In this document: in pieces, positions 9,008-18,202 of the stretch
Numbering within the stretch: position 1 is the stretch's first letter
Layout: each line of letters opens with the position of its first letter
IMG/VR virus record: IMGVR_UViG_3300025084_000012
Span: 1-64,000 of that record
Reading direction: 5' to 3' (one strand)
From: a virus
Taxonomy: Duplodnaviria > Caudoviricetes
Length of the DNA stretch: 64,000 nt
The notes under the pieces: generated by a model
What the model was told of the DNA's origin: nothing
What the model saw: the letters and a program-made list of their open reading frames with translations, nothing else
The model's database searches: none
Program-made: the position numbers and the translations under genes

Positions 9008-10272
9008 ATTGGATGAAAGGATATGGAAACAAAGTTGGATGTCACACTGGTAACCCAGTTGTGTTTGAGATAGATGGTGTAGCAATACATGCTGGTGGTC
9101 ACAGTCGTGACGGTGGGTGGCATCGTATGTCACCACTACCCGACCTCGCCATCGGCCCAGCACAGGTGATGGACAATCCTCGTGCCACTGTTGTGCCTGA
9201 TGGTTGGACTTGTCAAGGCTACGTTGGTGGTGACACTCCAATGATTATCAGCATTGACTGGCCTGACTTCTCTATCCCTCAAGATGTTCACCGTGAGTTT
9301 TGGTTGGCACTCGTTGCCGACATCAAGCGGTTGGGTATCAAGACAGTCTCTACTCAATGTGTTGGTGGTCATGGTCGTACTGGTGTGCAACTATGTATAC
9401 TCGGTTACCTCATGGGTGACCCTACTTGCCTCAAGCAACCTGACACTGCATCACTCGTTGAGTATGTTCGTGACATCTATTGTCACCATGCTGTTGAGGG
9501 TAAGTCACAACAGACTTACATCGCTGAAGTCTTACAGTTACCTGAAGGCAAGCCACTCTTCGCTTCGTTCAAGAAGAAGAACAACTTCACATTCACTGAT
9601 ACATCTGACTACCCCATGAAGAAGAATGGCAAGAAGGAGAATCAACCGAAGGCTGACTACTGGTTTGCTGATGAAGATGATTACGATGACGGAGATGGTT
9701 TCCCATCCACATGGTCATTGTACTCTTGTGGTATATGCAGTACACCTGAGTGGACTCACATTGATGACTCAGTACCTCAACAGTGTAACAACTGTGGAGC
9801 GCCTGAGATGATGCTGTCCACCGATGCACTGTATGATATGTCAGGCATCTGTCCTAAGTGTGACAACACTGTGTCTCACTTTGGTATGCATGATGATGGA
9901 CACTGTGTTGTCTGTGCCGCTGAAGAAGCCAGTGTCAAGACTCGTGATGGTATGGTTCATTGTAAGAAGTCCAAGAAGTTCTACCTACCTGAGTTCATGA
10001 ACGTAGAGACATGGCACTCTCGTGATGCTGAACGCACTGCTCTACTCAAGAAGGCAGAGCAAACCAAGCGAGCCAAAGACAAGAAGGGCAAAGGCAAAGG
10101 CAAAGGCAAAGGCAAAGGCAAGAACTACCCTGCGAAGAATAAGAAACAACTCAACAATAAGGAACTGAAGCGCAAGCAAGAGGAGTCTCGCTTACGAATC
10201 TCACACAAGAGTCTTGATGACTACTTGGATGAGCGTGGGTCTGACTTCGATGGACTGGGAGACTTCATCTGA
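9004..10272 (+). CDS. Cys-based (PTP/dual-specificity-type) phosphatase with Zn fingers and a Lys-rich tail
   Basis: CVGGHGRTG = CX5R loop (9358-9384); several CxxC pairs; (KG)n tail; ATGA overlap with the upstream gene. Confidence 0.8.
   Translation: MNWMKGYGNKVGCHTGNPVVFEIDGVAIHAGGHSRDGGWHRMSPLPDLAIGPAQVMDNPRATVVPDGWTCQGYVGGDTPMIISIDWPDFSIPQDVHREFWLALVADIKRLGIKTVSTQCVGGHGRTGVQLCILGYLMGDPTCLKQPDTASLVEYVRDIYCHHAVEGKSQQTYIAEVLQLPEGKPLFASFKKKNNFTFTDTSDYPMKKNGKKENQPKADYWFADEDDYDDGDGFPSTWSLYSCGICSTPEWTHIDDSVPQQCNNCGAPEMMLSTDALYDMSGICPKCDNTVSHFGMHDDGHCVVCAAEEASVKTRDGMVHCKKSKKFYLPEFMNVETWHSRDAERTALLKKAEQTKRAKDKKGKGKGKGKGKGKNYPAKNKKQLNNKELKRKQEESRLRISHKSLDDYLDERGSDFDGLGDFI
10087..10122 (+). repeat. 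Hexamer tandem repeat (GGCAAA)x5 + GGCAAG encoding (GK)6
   Basis: Read directly. Confidence 0.95.
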
Positions 10273-10278
10273 TTGTTG

Positions 10279-10297
10279 GTTGATATATAAAGGAACA
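10279..10297 (+). promoter_or_regulatory. 19-bp TATA element, copy 6 (G variant)
   Basis: GTTGATATATAAAGGAACA; ATG at 10313. Confidence 0.85.
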
Positions 10298-10312
10298 ATA
10301 AGAGGTAATAGT

Positions 10313-10726
10313 ATGACAGAAGATTATGGCGAAGCAAGACTACAAGTAAGAACGCAGTTCGATAGTAACCGAATACACATTCAGGGTGTGGGTGAACCAA
10401 CAGTGAATCGTAAGTATGGTATTGCACTTGAACTACGAGCACCAGTTGAACTAACAGAGTGGTTATCAGAACAACCACCTACACTACCGAGTCCAGCAAG
10501 TGGCTCTGTTCTCTATGCACCATTGGAGGTTATCTCCTATGTGGAACAACAAGGTACAGTGCAACTACTCATCAAAGGTACAGAGTTGAATCATCCAAGT
10601 GGGGCTATGCTCGATGTCAAGGATGACTCGACAGCAGTGGGTACACTTATCACATTCGTGAAGAACACATCATCAGGTCTTGTGATTGAGAGTGGCGATG
10701 TCTACTCGACTGGCGAGGAGGAATGA
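10313..10726 (+). CDS. Hypothetical protein (start revised from 10214)
   Basis: ATG 16 nt after the promoter element. Confidence 0.7.
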   Translation: MTEDYGEARLQVRTQFDSNRIHIQGVGEPTVNRKYGIALELRAPVELTEWLSEQPPTLPSPASGSVLYAPLEVISYVEQQGTVQLLIKGTELNHPSGAMLDVKDDSTAVGTLITFVKNTSSGLVIESGDVYSTGEEE

Positions 10727-10935
10727 ACATGGTAGACATGGGAACGCTGGATGCGATTGCATACAACCATCACTGGCATGGTGCTGGGGAGATTACTCGT
10801 GAGACTTTACAAGAGCACTACCCTGACATACTCAATGACTTATACGACGGTGCAGTTGTGAAACAAATCCAACAAGTCATTGAGATGTGGAACGACACAC
10901 TCAAAGATTTCAAGAAGATACTCAGGAGTGCCTGA
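10723..10935 (+). CDS. Hypothetical protein
   Basis: ATGA overlap. Confidence 0.6.
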   Translation: MNMVDMGTLDAIAYNHHWHGAGEITRETLQEHYPDILNDLYDGAVVKQIQQVIEMWNDTLKDFKKILRSA

Positions 10936-10937
10936 AC

Positions 10938-11576
10938 ATGACACATCCACAGATTTACACAGACATGTCAGTACAACTCGCTGAAGATATGGAAGCGATG
11001 GCTGAACATGGCTTGGGATATTCACCAAGCATACACGGCTTCTTACTTCCGTTACCTGAGTCAGTGGTAACTTACTTAGCGCTACGCAAGAAAGCACTAT
11101 CCGATTCATCGTGCCGAGCACAGGACACAGCGAGCACTCACCTTACATGGCTGACATACCATCAAAAGTTATCAACAGATTGCGAAGCCGTAGATGGTAT
11201 TGCTTGGGAATTGGTGTATCAGGAACTCGCCAGTACGCACAACCTTTCTGTCGATGCGCTCAACTGTATGGAAATGGGGTTGAGTGCTGACCCAGCGAAG
11301 GCATACATTCATGTCACGGGAGTCAAGCCTATGCTCACTGGTTCAACAAAGACAACACCTGACTTTGTTGCTTATGCTAATTCACACGCTGAAGATTATG
11401 AGTGGGACTTGACTCAACTCTATCCACCAGCATTAGCACTGAGTATGAATGAGGTAAATCAGTTCGATGAGTTCATCAAGAGTACGATGGATGCGTTAGG
11501 TGTAGAGGGCGAAGCCCCATCGTTTCTTGATGTGATGATGGATGTAGGCGTAGGGGATGACGTTTCCCTCGCATGA
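10938..11576 (+). CDS. Hypothetical protein (start revised from 10887)
   Basis: ATG just after the upstream stop, with GGAG SD. Confidence 0.65.
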   Translation: MTHPQIYTDMSVQLAEDMEAMAEHGLGYSPSIHGFLLPLPESVVTYLALRKKALSDSSCRAQDTASTHLTWLTYHQKLSTDCEAVDGIAWELVYQELASTHNLSVDALNCMEMGLSADPAKAYIHVTGVKPMLTGSTKTTPDFVAYANSHAEDYEWDLTQLYPPALALSMNEVNQFDEFIKSTMDALGVEGEAPSFLDVMMDVGVGDDVSLA

Positions 11577-11608
11577 GAATATGATAGTCACTAAGGAGTG
11601 TAACTGAT

Positions 11609-11875
11609 ATGAGCGAAAGCAAGGAACTGAGACTACTCAAAGAGAAACTACAGTATGTCTATGAGATGTACGGATTCAAAGAATGCGAGTGTTGCGAGAT
11701 GCCGTATGATAACGAAAACGATGGTGTTTGTATGGAGTGTCCTCAGTGTGAGGGATGCGGAGAGCACACGGATATGCTACATGACGCTCCGAACGGAGAC
11801 GGATGGTGTATAGAATGCATAAGGTCTATGCATGACACGTATGACCTCGCACGAGATTACAATGAAAACCGATGA
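11609..11875 (+). CDS. Cys-rich acidic Zn-finger protein
   Basis: CECCE, CMECPQCEGC, CIEC. Confidence 0.7.
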   Translation: MSESKELRLLKEKLQYVYEMYGFKECECCEMPYDNENDGVCMECPQCEGCGEHTDMLHDAPNGDGWCIECIRSMHDTYDLARDYNENR

Positions 11876-11885
11876 ACTGAAAATA

Positions 11886-11904
11886 GTTGATATATAAAGC
11901 AACA
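11886..11904 (+). promoter_or_regulatory. 19-bp TATA element, copy 7 (C variant)
   Basis: GTTGATATATAAAGCAACA followed by GTAAGAA. Confidence 0.85.
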
Positions 11905-11928
11905 GTAAGAATAGAAACAACAAGGAGA

Positions 11929-12516
11929 ATGAAAAATATGAGAGAAGATGTAAAGATAACTGGGAGTAGCGATACCCCTGTGACGAATGATGAACTGATA
12001 GAGTGTTTTAGATACGGAACCAGTGGTAAACACAAAGCGTGGAATGCCGCTACACTCTACTACGAAGGTAATGATTTGGGTGATGACGTGAACGCTCGTT
12101 TCTTGGGCTACAAAAACAACAAAACTGGTGTGATTTTCATGCTACAGAATTTCCGCTATGCTTCAGCAACTAATACGACAATCTACCATCTTGATGGTAC
12201 GATGTCTGTCCAACAGATATACAAGAATGACCCAGCACATACTTACTTTGATATGATGGTCGAAGCCATGAAGAAGAGAGATTCGTTGAAGAATTGGGAT
12301 GTAGTTTTATGCTCAGTCAAGGATTCAGTCAAACCTATCTTCAACAACCTTCACCTTTGGACACAGCGAGAGATAATGCCAAGATGTGACTTGAGTGATA
12401 TATTCCAAGCCGACGAGGTTATTCAGAAGGGATGCAAAACTGTCCCCCATGTTAAGATTCCAATGAGCAAGGAAACGATAGAAAAGAAAAACAATATACA
12501 GGAGTTGATTATATGA
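11929..12516 (+). CDS. Hypothetical protein (start revised from 11887)
   Basis: AAGGAG SD before ATG 11929. Confidence 0.7.
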   Translation: MKNMREDVKITGSSDTPVTNDELIECFRYGTSGKHKAWNAATLYYEGNDLGDDVNARFLGYKNNKTGVIFMLQNFRYASATNTTIYHLDGTMSVQQIYKNDPAHTYFDMMVEAMKKRDSLKNWDVVLCSVKDSVKPIFNNLHLWTQREIMPRCDLSDIFQADEVIQKGCKTVPHVKIPMSKETIEKKNNIQELII

Positions 12517-14063
12517 GTGGAGAATGGAATGGATGGCAGACATGGAATACCTTTGCGAAAGCAGGTATTGTTGAGAACAACGTAGACTTCAGCGAAGAAG
12601 CGATTATCGTAGACCACGCTGTTGGTAGAACAAAGAATGCAATTGGTAAGTGCTGGCCTATGGATGCGGCAGTTGCTTACACACTCATGAAGGCTGGCCC
12701 GAATGTAGGTCTAACGTGGAGTGATATGGTAAACACTCACACTCGTGCCGCCGCTGTTATGATGACTGGTAAAGTTGGCTACGGTGAAGTTCCAACTCCA
12801 TCTGTCAGTTCATGTGGCGAAGATGAAATCTTGGGCTACAATCACACGCTCGGCGTTCCCACGATAGGGAGTAACGGTAGCCTATACTTCAAAACTAATT
12901 GGGGCTCGACGGCTCTCAGGGTGTGGCTTGAAATCAACACAGAGAAACTCACTGAGTTGGGTCACGACGTTAATGCACTCAAACAAAAGTATGGGGTGAT
13001 TCGTACACAACAGCAACAGAACTTTACACATGTTGTCTTGATGTCTGACTCCTACTTCGATGAACTTTTAGATGCGTTACAAGATTTCTTTGGCGACATT
13101 GCATTACATAAGGACTACATACACAAAACCATATGCAAAAATGTCTCACATACAAGAGGCGAGTGTGCATGGAAGGCTATAGATGACAAGACCTGTAGAC
13201 ACCACGATAACCCGACCAGTCGGATATGGGCTATGAGACGAAAGTCAGACCCCGATGCAACTACTTCTGACTTCATCACTGCATGGCGACGTGCTCCATG
13301 TAGTGCTGGTGATAATTACCACCAGTGGTCTACTACTGCATCATACATGGATGCCAAGAACGTCGTTGCATGGGATGAGATGCGACGTGGTATGGCTCAG
13401 GCTGTCCCTGAAGCAGATGTCATCAAGTCTATCCGTGAGTCGTTGGCTCGTATGCTTAAGCGTAATGACAACATCGTCTCTAAGTCTGGTCGTGGTAAAA
13501 ACTCTCAGCACGCTTGGTCTGACTGGGGTTGGCTCGCTGAGATGAGTGCCTATGTCAAGAACACAAGCAGTAAGAACCGTAAAGCAGGTGACACTGAGAA
13601 CGGTTGGAAATACTGCAAGGTTCGTTCCCGAACCTCATTCGGTCACGAGATTGCCGACTTCGTATGGAAGCCGATTGAAGAAATCAAGGACTACGTTGTT
13701 GGTCGTAAGGAGCCATCAGACTGGAGTGCGAGTTCTATCATGAGCAACCTTCGCTTCTCTACCAAGCAACAGTGTATCGACTTTATGAGTGCTGTTGCTC
13801 AGGCTCACATCGACAACAGTGGTCATTTCAGACAACGGACACATCAAGGTCTTGAGAAGAATGACGACGGTGAATGGTCTATCCGTTCCTTTACCATCGA
13901 CATAACTATGCTTGGGAGTGTAGACCCTGACGATTATCTATCGCCACAACAGGTTATCGGTATGTGGAGACACGCCTCTGATGCTGTACTCGATGAGCAC
14001 AAGCCTAACTTTGAGCGCAAACCAGCATACATTGTCACAGATATTCCAGTATCAGATGAGTGA
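12513..14063 (+). CDS. Large Trp-rich hypothetical protein
   Basis: 516-aa ORF, ATGA overlap; no family recognised. Confidence 0.8.
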   Translation: MSGEWNGWQTWNTFAKAGIVENNVDFSEEAIIVDHAVGRTKNAIGKCWPMDAAVAYTLMKAGPNVGLTWSDMVNTHTRAAAVMMTGKVGYGEVPTPSVSSCGEDEILGYNHTLGVPTIGSNGSLYFKTNWGSTALRVWLEINTEKLTELGHDVNALKQKYGVIRTQQQQNFTHVVLMSDSYFDELLDALQDFFGDIALHKDYIHKTICKNVSHTRGECAWKAIDDKTCRHHDNPTSRIWAMRRKSDPDATTSDFITAWRRAPCSAGDNYHQWSTTASYMDAKNVVAWDEMRRGMAQAVPEADVIKSIRESLARMLKRNDNIVSKSGRGKNSQHAWSDWGWLAEMSAYVKNTSSKNRKAGDTENGWKYCKVRSRTSFGHEIADFVWKPIEEIKDYVVGRKEPSDWSASSIMSNLRFSTKQQCIDFMSAVAQAHIDNSGHFRQRTHQGLEKNDDGEWSIRSFTIDITMLGSVDPDDYLSPQQVIGMWRHASDAVLDEHKPNFERKPAYIVTDIPVSDE

Positions 14064-14066
14064 GGG

Positions 14067-14393
14067 TTGCTGATGGTGAGCGATGACAAATACAAACATG
14101 CTCAGTTGAAGCCCTCGGCCATCACTCCTGATGGTATGTGGATATTACCCGATGGTCACAAGTGTGACCTCCGACATGTTCAATTACAACTCCCCGATGG
14201 GAGGGGTGAGGAGTGGGTCTTAGGTGTCATACTATCAAGCGAAGGGATATACGAAGTGTGTCCTGAATGCGAAGGTGACCTTAAGCAAGGCATGATTCTT
14301 ATTATGGAGAAGCACCACTACTTGGTCGTGCGATGCTGTGACAAACTCCTCCTCTACGAGAATCAAAAGATAAACTTGGATATATGGATGTGA
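14067..14393 (+). CDS. Hypothetical protein with CPEC...RCC motifs
   Basis: ORF in the gene train. Confidence 0.65.
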   Translation: MLMVSDDKYKHAQLKPSAITPDGMWILPDGHKCDLRHVQLQLPDGRGEEWVLGVILSSEGIYEVCPECEGDLKQGMILIMEKHHYLVVRCCDKLLLYENQKINLDIWM

Positions 14394-14397
14394 AATT

Positions 14398-15174
14398 ATG
14401 ACAAAAGAATACGAACCTGAATTGAAAGTATGGGCGCTTGAACACTTTAATCAAATGGCTGTTAAAGCAGTATGGCGACCTGAAGGAACTGGATGTCGCT
14501 ATCGCAAGATAGATGAAACAACACTGCAACTTGAGCATAGAGTAGACCATGCTGATTCGATAAGACATCATGAGAGTATCAGTGGGCTGTTTGCATCAGT
14601 GAACATTGACATGCTCGATGATAACCCAATGATTACTGATGTTGCTTTATCAGCAGAAGAAGCGTTCAGGCAAGAGATGCAAGAGCGTCAAGCAGTTGCC
14701 GCTTCATGGACAACTGATGACGGTACACCATTAGCAGAACTACCACTTGAAAACGCATACCCAATGTATCTCAGTGATAGAGAAGTCTTACTTGATGATG
14801 GGAACACCCATACAGTTGAAGACTGGGGCATTGTGGTTCCCTACACCGAAGATGAATCAGGTGAAAGAAAATCCATCACGATGAATCCTGATGACTACAA
14901 CCTACTCGCTGGCGATGCTTTGTTCATGCGATACAAAATCGACTGGTTATCCAACTCACCATCGTATAGAAATGGTTCGATTCAAAGCGTTGAAGAGCCA
15001 ACTCCAACTTACATGGTAGCCATGACTCGACAACAGATGTTTGAGGTAGCAGAAGCAGGTGGGAGTTCCATCTTAGTAGGCTCTACTTGCCCTGATACTG
15101 GTGAGAAAGTGCCTCCGTGGATGTGGGGAACTTGTTGCATGAGAGTTCAGACTGAGGAGTATGAGGAAGAATGA
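14398..15174 (+). CDS. Acidic hypothetical protein
   Basis: 258-aa ORF. Confidence 0.75.
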   Translation: MTKEYEPELKVWALEHFNQMAVKAVWRPEGTGCRYRKIDETTLQLEHRVDHADSIRHHESISGLFASVNIDMLDDNPMITDVALSAEEAFRQEMQERQAVAASWTTDDGTPLAELPLENAYPMYLSDREVLLDDGNTHTVEDWGIVVPYTEDESGERKSITMNPDDYNLLAGDALFMRYKIDWLSNSPSYRNGSIQSVEEPTPTYMVAMTRQQMFEVAEAGGSSILVGSTCPDTGEKVPPWMWGTCCMRVQTEEYEEE

Positions 15175-15350
15175 TTGGAAGTGTGTGGATTAACAAGCAC
15201 ATGAATAAACGTGCTCGCATTGTAGCAGAGCCACTCGTTACTGTCTTTGAACTTGAGTATGAAGATGATACTATCGCAAACCAAAGATGGTCAGCAGGTG
15301 ACTTACACAAGCATTGGCTTCGTGCTGACATGGTTCTTGAGGAGGAATGA
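15171..15350 (+). CDS. 59-aa hypothetical protein (not in ORF track)
   Basis: MIGSVWINKHMNKRARIVAEP...; ATGA overlaps at both ends. Confidence 0.65.
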   Translation: MIGSVWINKHMNKRARIVAEPLVTVFELEYEDDTIANQRWSAGDLHKHWLRADMVLEEE

Positions 15351-15613
15351 GTATGACTGAGAAAACTGTATGGCAATCGAGTAGCCTTGAGGCTAAATGG
15401 AAAGATGGCAGAGGTGATGTCAGGCTGGCACAAGTTAGTTTCTATGGCAAGGATTGGATTGACCTACGCATACTTCGTGATGGTAAGCAACACACAAGAC
15501 ACGGAGTACGCTTGTCTATAGAACAGGCTACTGAGATGCTACCACGTCTCATAGAAGCAATCGAAAGTGCGAAGGCTAACGAAGAACAGAAGGAAAGAAC
15601 CGACGACTCTTGA
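15347..15613 (+). CDS. PC4/YdbC-like ssDNA-binding protein
   Basis: FYGKDWIDLRIL...TRHGVRLS resembles the PC4 signature (IDIR...KGISL). Confidence 0.7.
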   Translation: MSMTEKTVWQSSSLEAKWKDGRGDVRLAQVSFYGKDWIDLRILRDGKQHTRHGVRLSIEQATEMLPRLIEAIESAKANEEQKERTDDS

Positions 15614-15614
15614 A

Positions 15615-15633
15615 GTTGATATATAAAGGAACA
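15615..15633 (+). promoter_or_regulatory. 19-bp TATA element, copy 8 (G variant)
   Basis: GTTGATATATAAAGGAACA. Confidence 0.85.
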
Positions 15634-15647
15634 GTAAAACACTCTTC

Positions 15648-15875
15648 ATGGAAAGAGCAACATCAGTTAGCCATGTTGAGTACGAAGTCATTAGTTGGCT
15701 TCGTGACAACATCGACATCAGAGAATTAGAACAAGCGATGGTTAATGACGAAGTGACAAAGAAGCGATGGTCTACTGGTGTAGCCAATGTTTGTTCCCTA
15801 TTGGACAACATGTGCAGTAGACGAGTACACAAGTTACCAAAGACACACACAGAATACAAGGAGAAATCAAAATGA
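15648..15875 (+). CDS. Hypothetical protein
   Basis: ATG 15 nt after the promoter element. Confidence 0.65.
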   Translation: MERATSVSHVEYEVISWLRDNIDIRELEQAMVNDEVTKKRWSTGVANVCSLLDNMCSRRVHKLPKTHTEYKEKSK

Positions 15876-16006
15876 AATGCGATATGTGTAGATATAATGG
15901 AATGGAATCTAAAGGACTTCGATGTGGTAAGTACAATGTATGTAGCCCATGCATTGACAAGTCCATTGAGGCGAGAATGTTTTTGATAGGGAGAGATAAA
16001 CAATGA
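15872..16006 (+). CDS. 44-aa Zn-finger microprotein (not in ORF track)
   Basis: MKCDMC...C.....CSPC; ATGA overlaps at both ends. Confidence 0.6.
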   Translation: MKCDMCRYNGMESKGLRCGKYNVCSPCIDKSIEARMFLIGRDKQ

Positions 16007-16548
16007 ACATATTTGTATTAGATAGAAACCCAATTACTGCGGCACGTATGCATTGCGACAAGCACGTTCCCAAGATGTGCGTAGAAGCGGCACAGATGAT
16101 GGCATCAGCCCTTCACAGGCACGATGTACCTCATGATTCAATGCCCCTTACCAAGAGTGGTACAATGTACAAAGGTGGCTACAAGCATCACCCATGTACA
16201 GTATGGGCAGGTGAAACTCGTACCAACTTCTTGTGGCTTGGAGTACATGCTGTTACATTGTGTAACGAGTACAGCCAACGCTTCGGCAAAGAACATGCCT
16301 GTAACCAACCCATCCTACGGATGATGGAACTACATCATGTCATCCCTGATGACGGGCTAACACAGTTTGCATTGGCTATGCCTGATGAGTACAGACCTGA
16401 ACCTGTCGATGGTGAGATTGTATACCATGCTTATCCTAAGTTTGCTATCGAAGCATACCGTCGCTATTACCATTCCAAGCAGTTCGCCAAGTGGGAGAAG
16501 GGTACACCTGCTCCCGACTGGTGGCGAGGCGTGGAGGTGACGGCGTGA
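16003..16548 (+). CDS. Pyrimidine-dimer DNA glycosylase (T4 endonuclease V/DenV family)
   Basis: MNIFVLD..P...A..HCDKHV.KM.VE.AQM, HHPCT.W, YR.YY. Confidence 0.8.
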   Translation: MNIFVLDRNPITAARMHCDKHVPKMCVEAAQMMASALHRHDVPHDSMPLTKSGTMYKGGYKHHPCTVWAGETRTNFLWLGVHAVTLCNEYSQRFGKEHACNQPILRMMELHHVIPDDGLTQFALAMPDEYRPEPVDGEIVYHAYPKFAIEAYRRYYHSKQFAKWEKGTPAPDWWRGVEVTA

Positions 16549-16549
16549 A
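16529..16549 (+). repeat. 21-bp direct repeat, copy A
   Basis: GCGTGGAGGTGACGGCGTGAA, identical to 17155-17175. Confidence 0.95.
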
Positions 16550-17174
16550 ATCGAAGAAGGTACTGAATCTGTATGCAGGTATCGGAGGTAATCGAAGAGG
16601 ATGGAGTGACGACTATGATGTTACTGCTGTTGAATATGATGCCGAAATTGCTAAGGCTTATGCTGAAAATTTCCCTGATGACGAAGTGGTTGTTGGCGAT
16701 GCTCACGAATACCTACTCGCCCATTATCACGAGTTCGATTTCATTTGGGCTTCACCACCATGTCCGACGCATTCACAATACCGATTCAATATAGGTGTAC
16801 GTGCGAAGGGCTACGCCCCAGTCGTTCCCGACATGACGAGCCTGTACGGACTCATCACATTCCTCAAGCACCACTACGAGGGCGCTTGGGCTGTCGAGAA
16901 TGTCAGACCATACTATGAACCCCTGATTGAACCTACGGCTCGTGTTGGTCGTCATGAAGTGTGGGCTTCGTTCCCACTTAGCAACCTGAAAATAAAAAGT
17001 AATGGTATGAGGGAAAACAATAAGATTACTCAAGCACAACAAGCGAATGGTTTTGATATTTCACATACTAAAATAAAAAATAAACGACAAGCGTTGAGAA
17101 ACTGTACTCACGCCGAAGTAGGTTCTCACATCATTAAAGGATGGGAAGCCGATAGCGTGGAGGTGACGGCGTGA
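16545..17174 (+). CDS. Compact C5-cytosine DNA methyltransferase (start revised to GTG 16545)
   Basis: LNLYAGIGG (motif I), WASPPC (IV), ENV (VI); GGAGGTGA SD. Confidence 0.8.
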   Translation: MKSKKVLNLYAGIGGNRRGWSDDYDVTAVEYDAEIAKAYAENFPDDEVVVGDAHEYLLAHYHEFDFIWASPPCPTHSQYRFNIGVRAKGYAPVVPDMTSLYGLITFLKHHYEGAWAVENVRPYYEPLIEPTARVGRHEVWASFPLSNLKIKSNGMRENNKITQAQQANGFDISHTKIKNKRQALRNCTHAEVGSHIIKGWEADSVEVTA

Positions 17175-17175
17175 A
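17155..17175 (+). repeat. 21-bp direct repeat, copy B
   Basis: Identical to 16529-16549. Confidence 0.95.
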
Positions 17176-18202
17176 GATTAGGAATGCATTAGGATTATTC
17201 GATGGTACATCCTGTGGCCGACTGGCTTTGAAACGAGCAGGTATCGCATTAGATAACTACTACTCGTCTGAGATAGACAAGTATGCTATTCAAATCGCTG
17301 ATAAGAACTACCCTGATAACATACGGTTAGGCGACGTTCTCAATTGGCGTGACTGGGATTTAGAAGACGTTGATTTAATCACTGCTGGCTCTCCGTGTCA
17401 GGGTTTCTCGGCGGCTGGTAAGAAACTTAATTTTGAAGACCCTCGTAGTAAACTGTTCTTCGAGTTCGTGGATATTCTTAATCACTACAAGCCAAAGTAT
17501 TTCTTACTTGAGAATGTAAAAATGAAAGGAGAGTGGCGAAACATCATCACCGAATACTTAGGTGTCGAACCCATTCTAATCAACTCCAACTTAGTGTCAG
17601 CACAAAACAGACCTCGTTACTACTGGACAAACATACCTAACATTCAGCAACCTGACGACAAACTAATTTTTCTTGAGGATGTTCTTGAGGATGATGTTGG
17701 TGAAGAGTATCACCTAACGACAAAATGGAAAGCGTGGTGGAACAAGAACAAAGACTTTCAAATCAAAAAGAAATACTCTGACGTAAATCCTGACAAGGCA
17801 ATTTGTATGACTGCTCGACAGTACGCAAACTGGAATGGGACTTTCGTAACCGTCCCGTTTGCTATGACGGAAAGAAGGACTGAAGAATCTAAGAGAATCA
17901 GAAGAGAGTATCAGAAGAAACACGGAAGAGACTTCTCTCCAAGAAGAGGTAAGAAATTAGTACCAAGAAGCGACGGGAAGATGAATTGCTTAACAGCGAC
18001 TTACTCTCTCAAAGAGCATACAGTCCTCGACAATCAAACTGTATACAGAAAACTAACTCCTATTGAGTGTGAAAGGCTACAGACTTTACCTGATGACTAT
18101 ACGCTTGGTGTTTCTAATTCACAACGATACAAGATGTTAGGTAACGGTTGGACTGTTGATGTGATAGCCCATATCTTCAGACACATGGAGATGGAAGAAT
18201 GA
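17171..18202 (+). CDS. dcm: C5-cytosine DNA methyltransferase
   Basis: LFDG, GSPCQGFS, LENV, QNRPR, LTPIECERLQ, LGNGW. Confidence 0.92.
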   Translation: MKIRNALGLFDGTSCGRLALKRAGIALDNYYSSEIDKYAIQIADKNYPDNIRLGDVLNWRDWDLEDVDLITAGSPCQGFSAAGKKLNFEDPRSKLFFEFVDILNHYKPKYFLLENVKMKGEWRNIITEYLGVEPILINSNLVSAQNRPRYYWTNIPNIQQPDDKLIFLEDVLEDDVGEEYHLTTKWKAWWNKNKDFQIKKKYSDVNPDKAICMTARQYANWNGTFVTVPFAMTERRTEESKRIRREYQKKHGRDFSPRRGKKLVPRSDGKMNCLTATYSLKEHTVLDNQTVYRKLTPIECERLQTLPDDYTLGVSNSQRYKMLGNGWTVDVIAHIFRHMEMEE

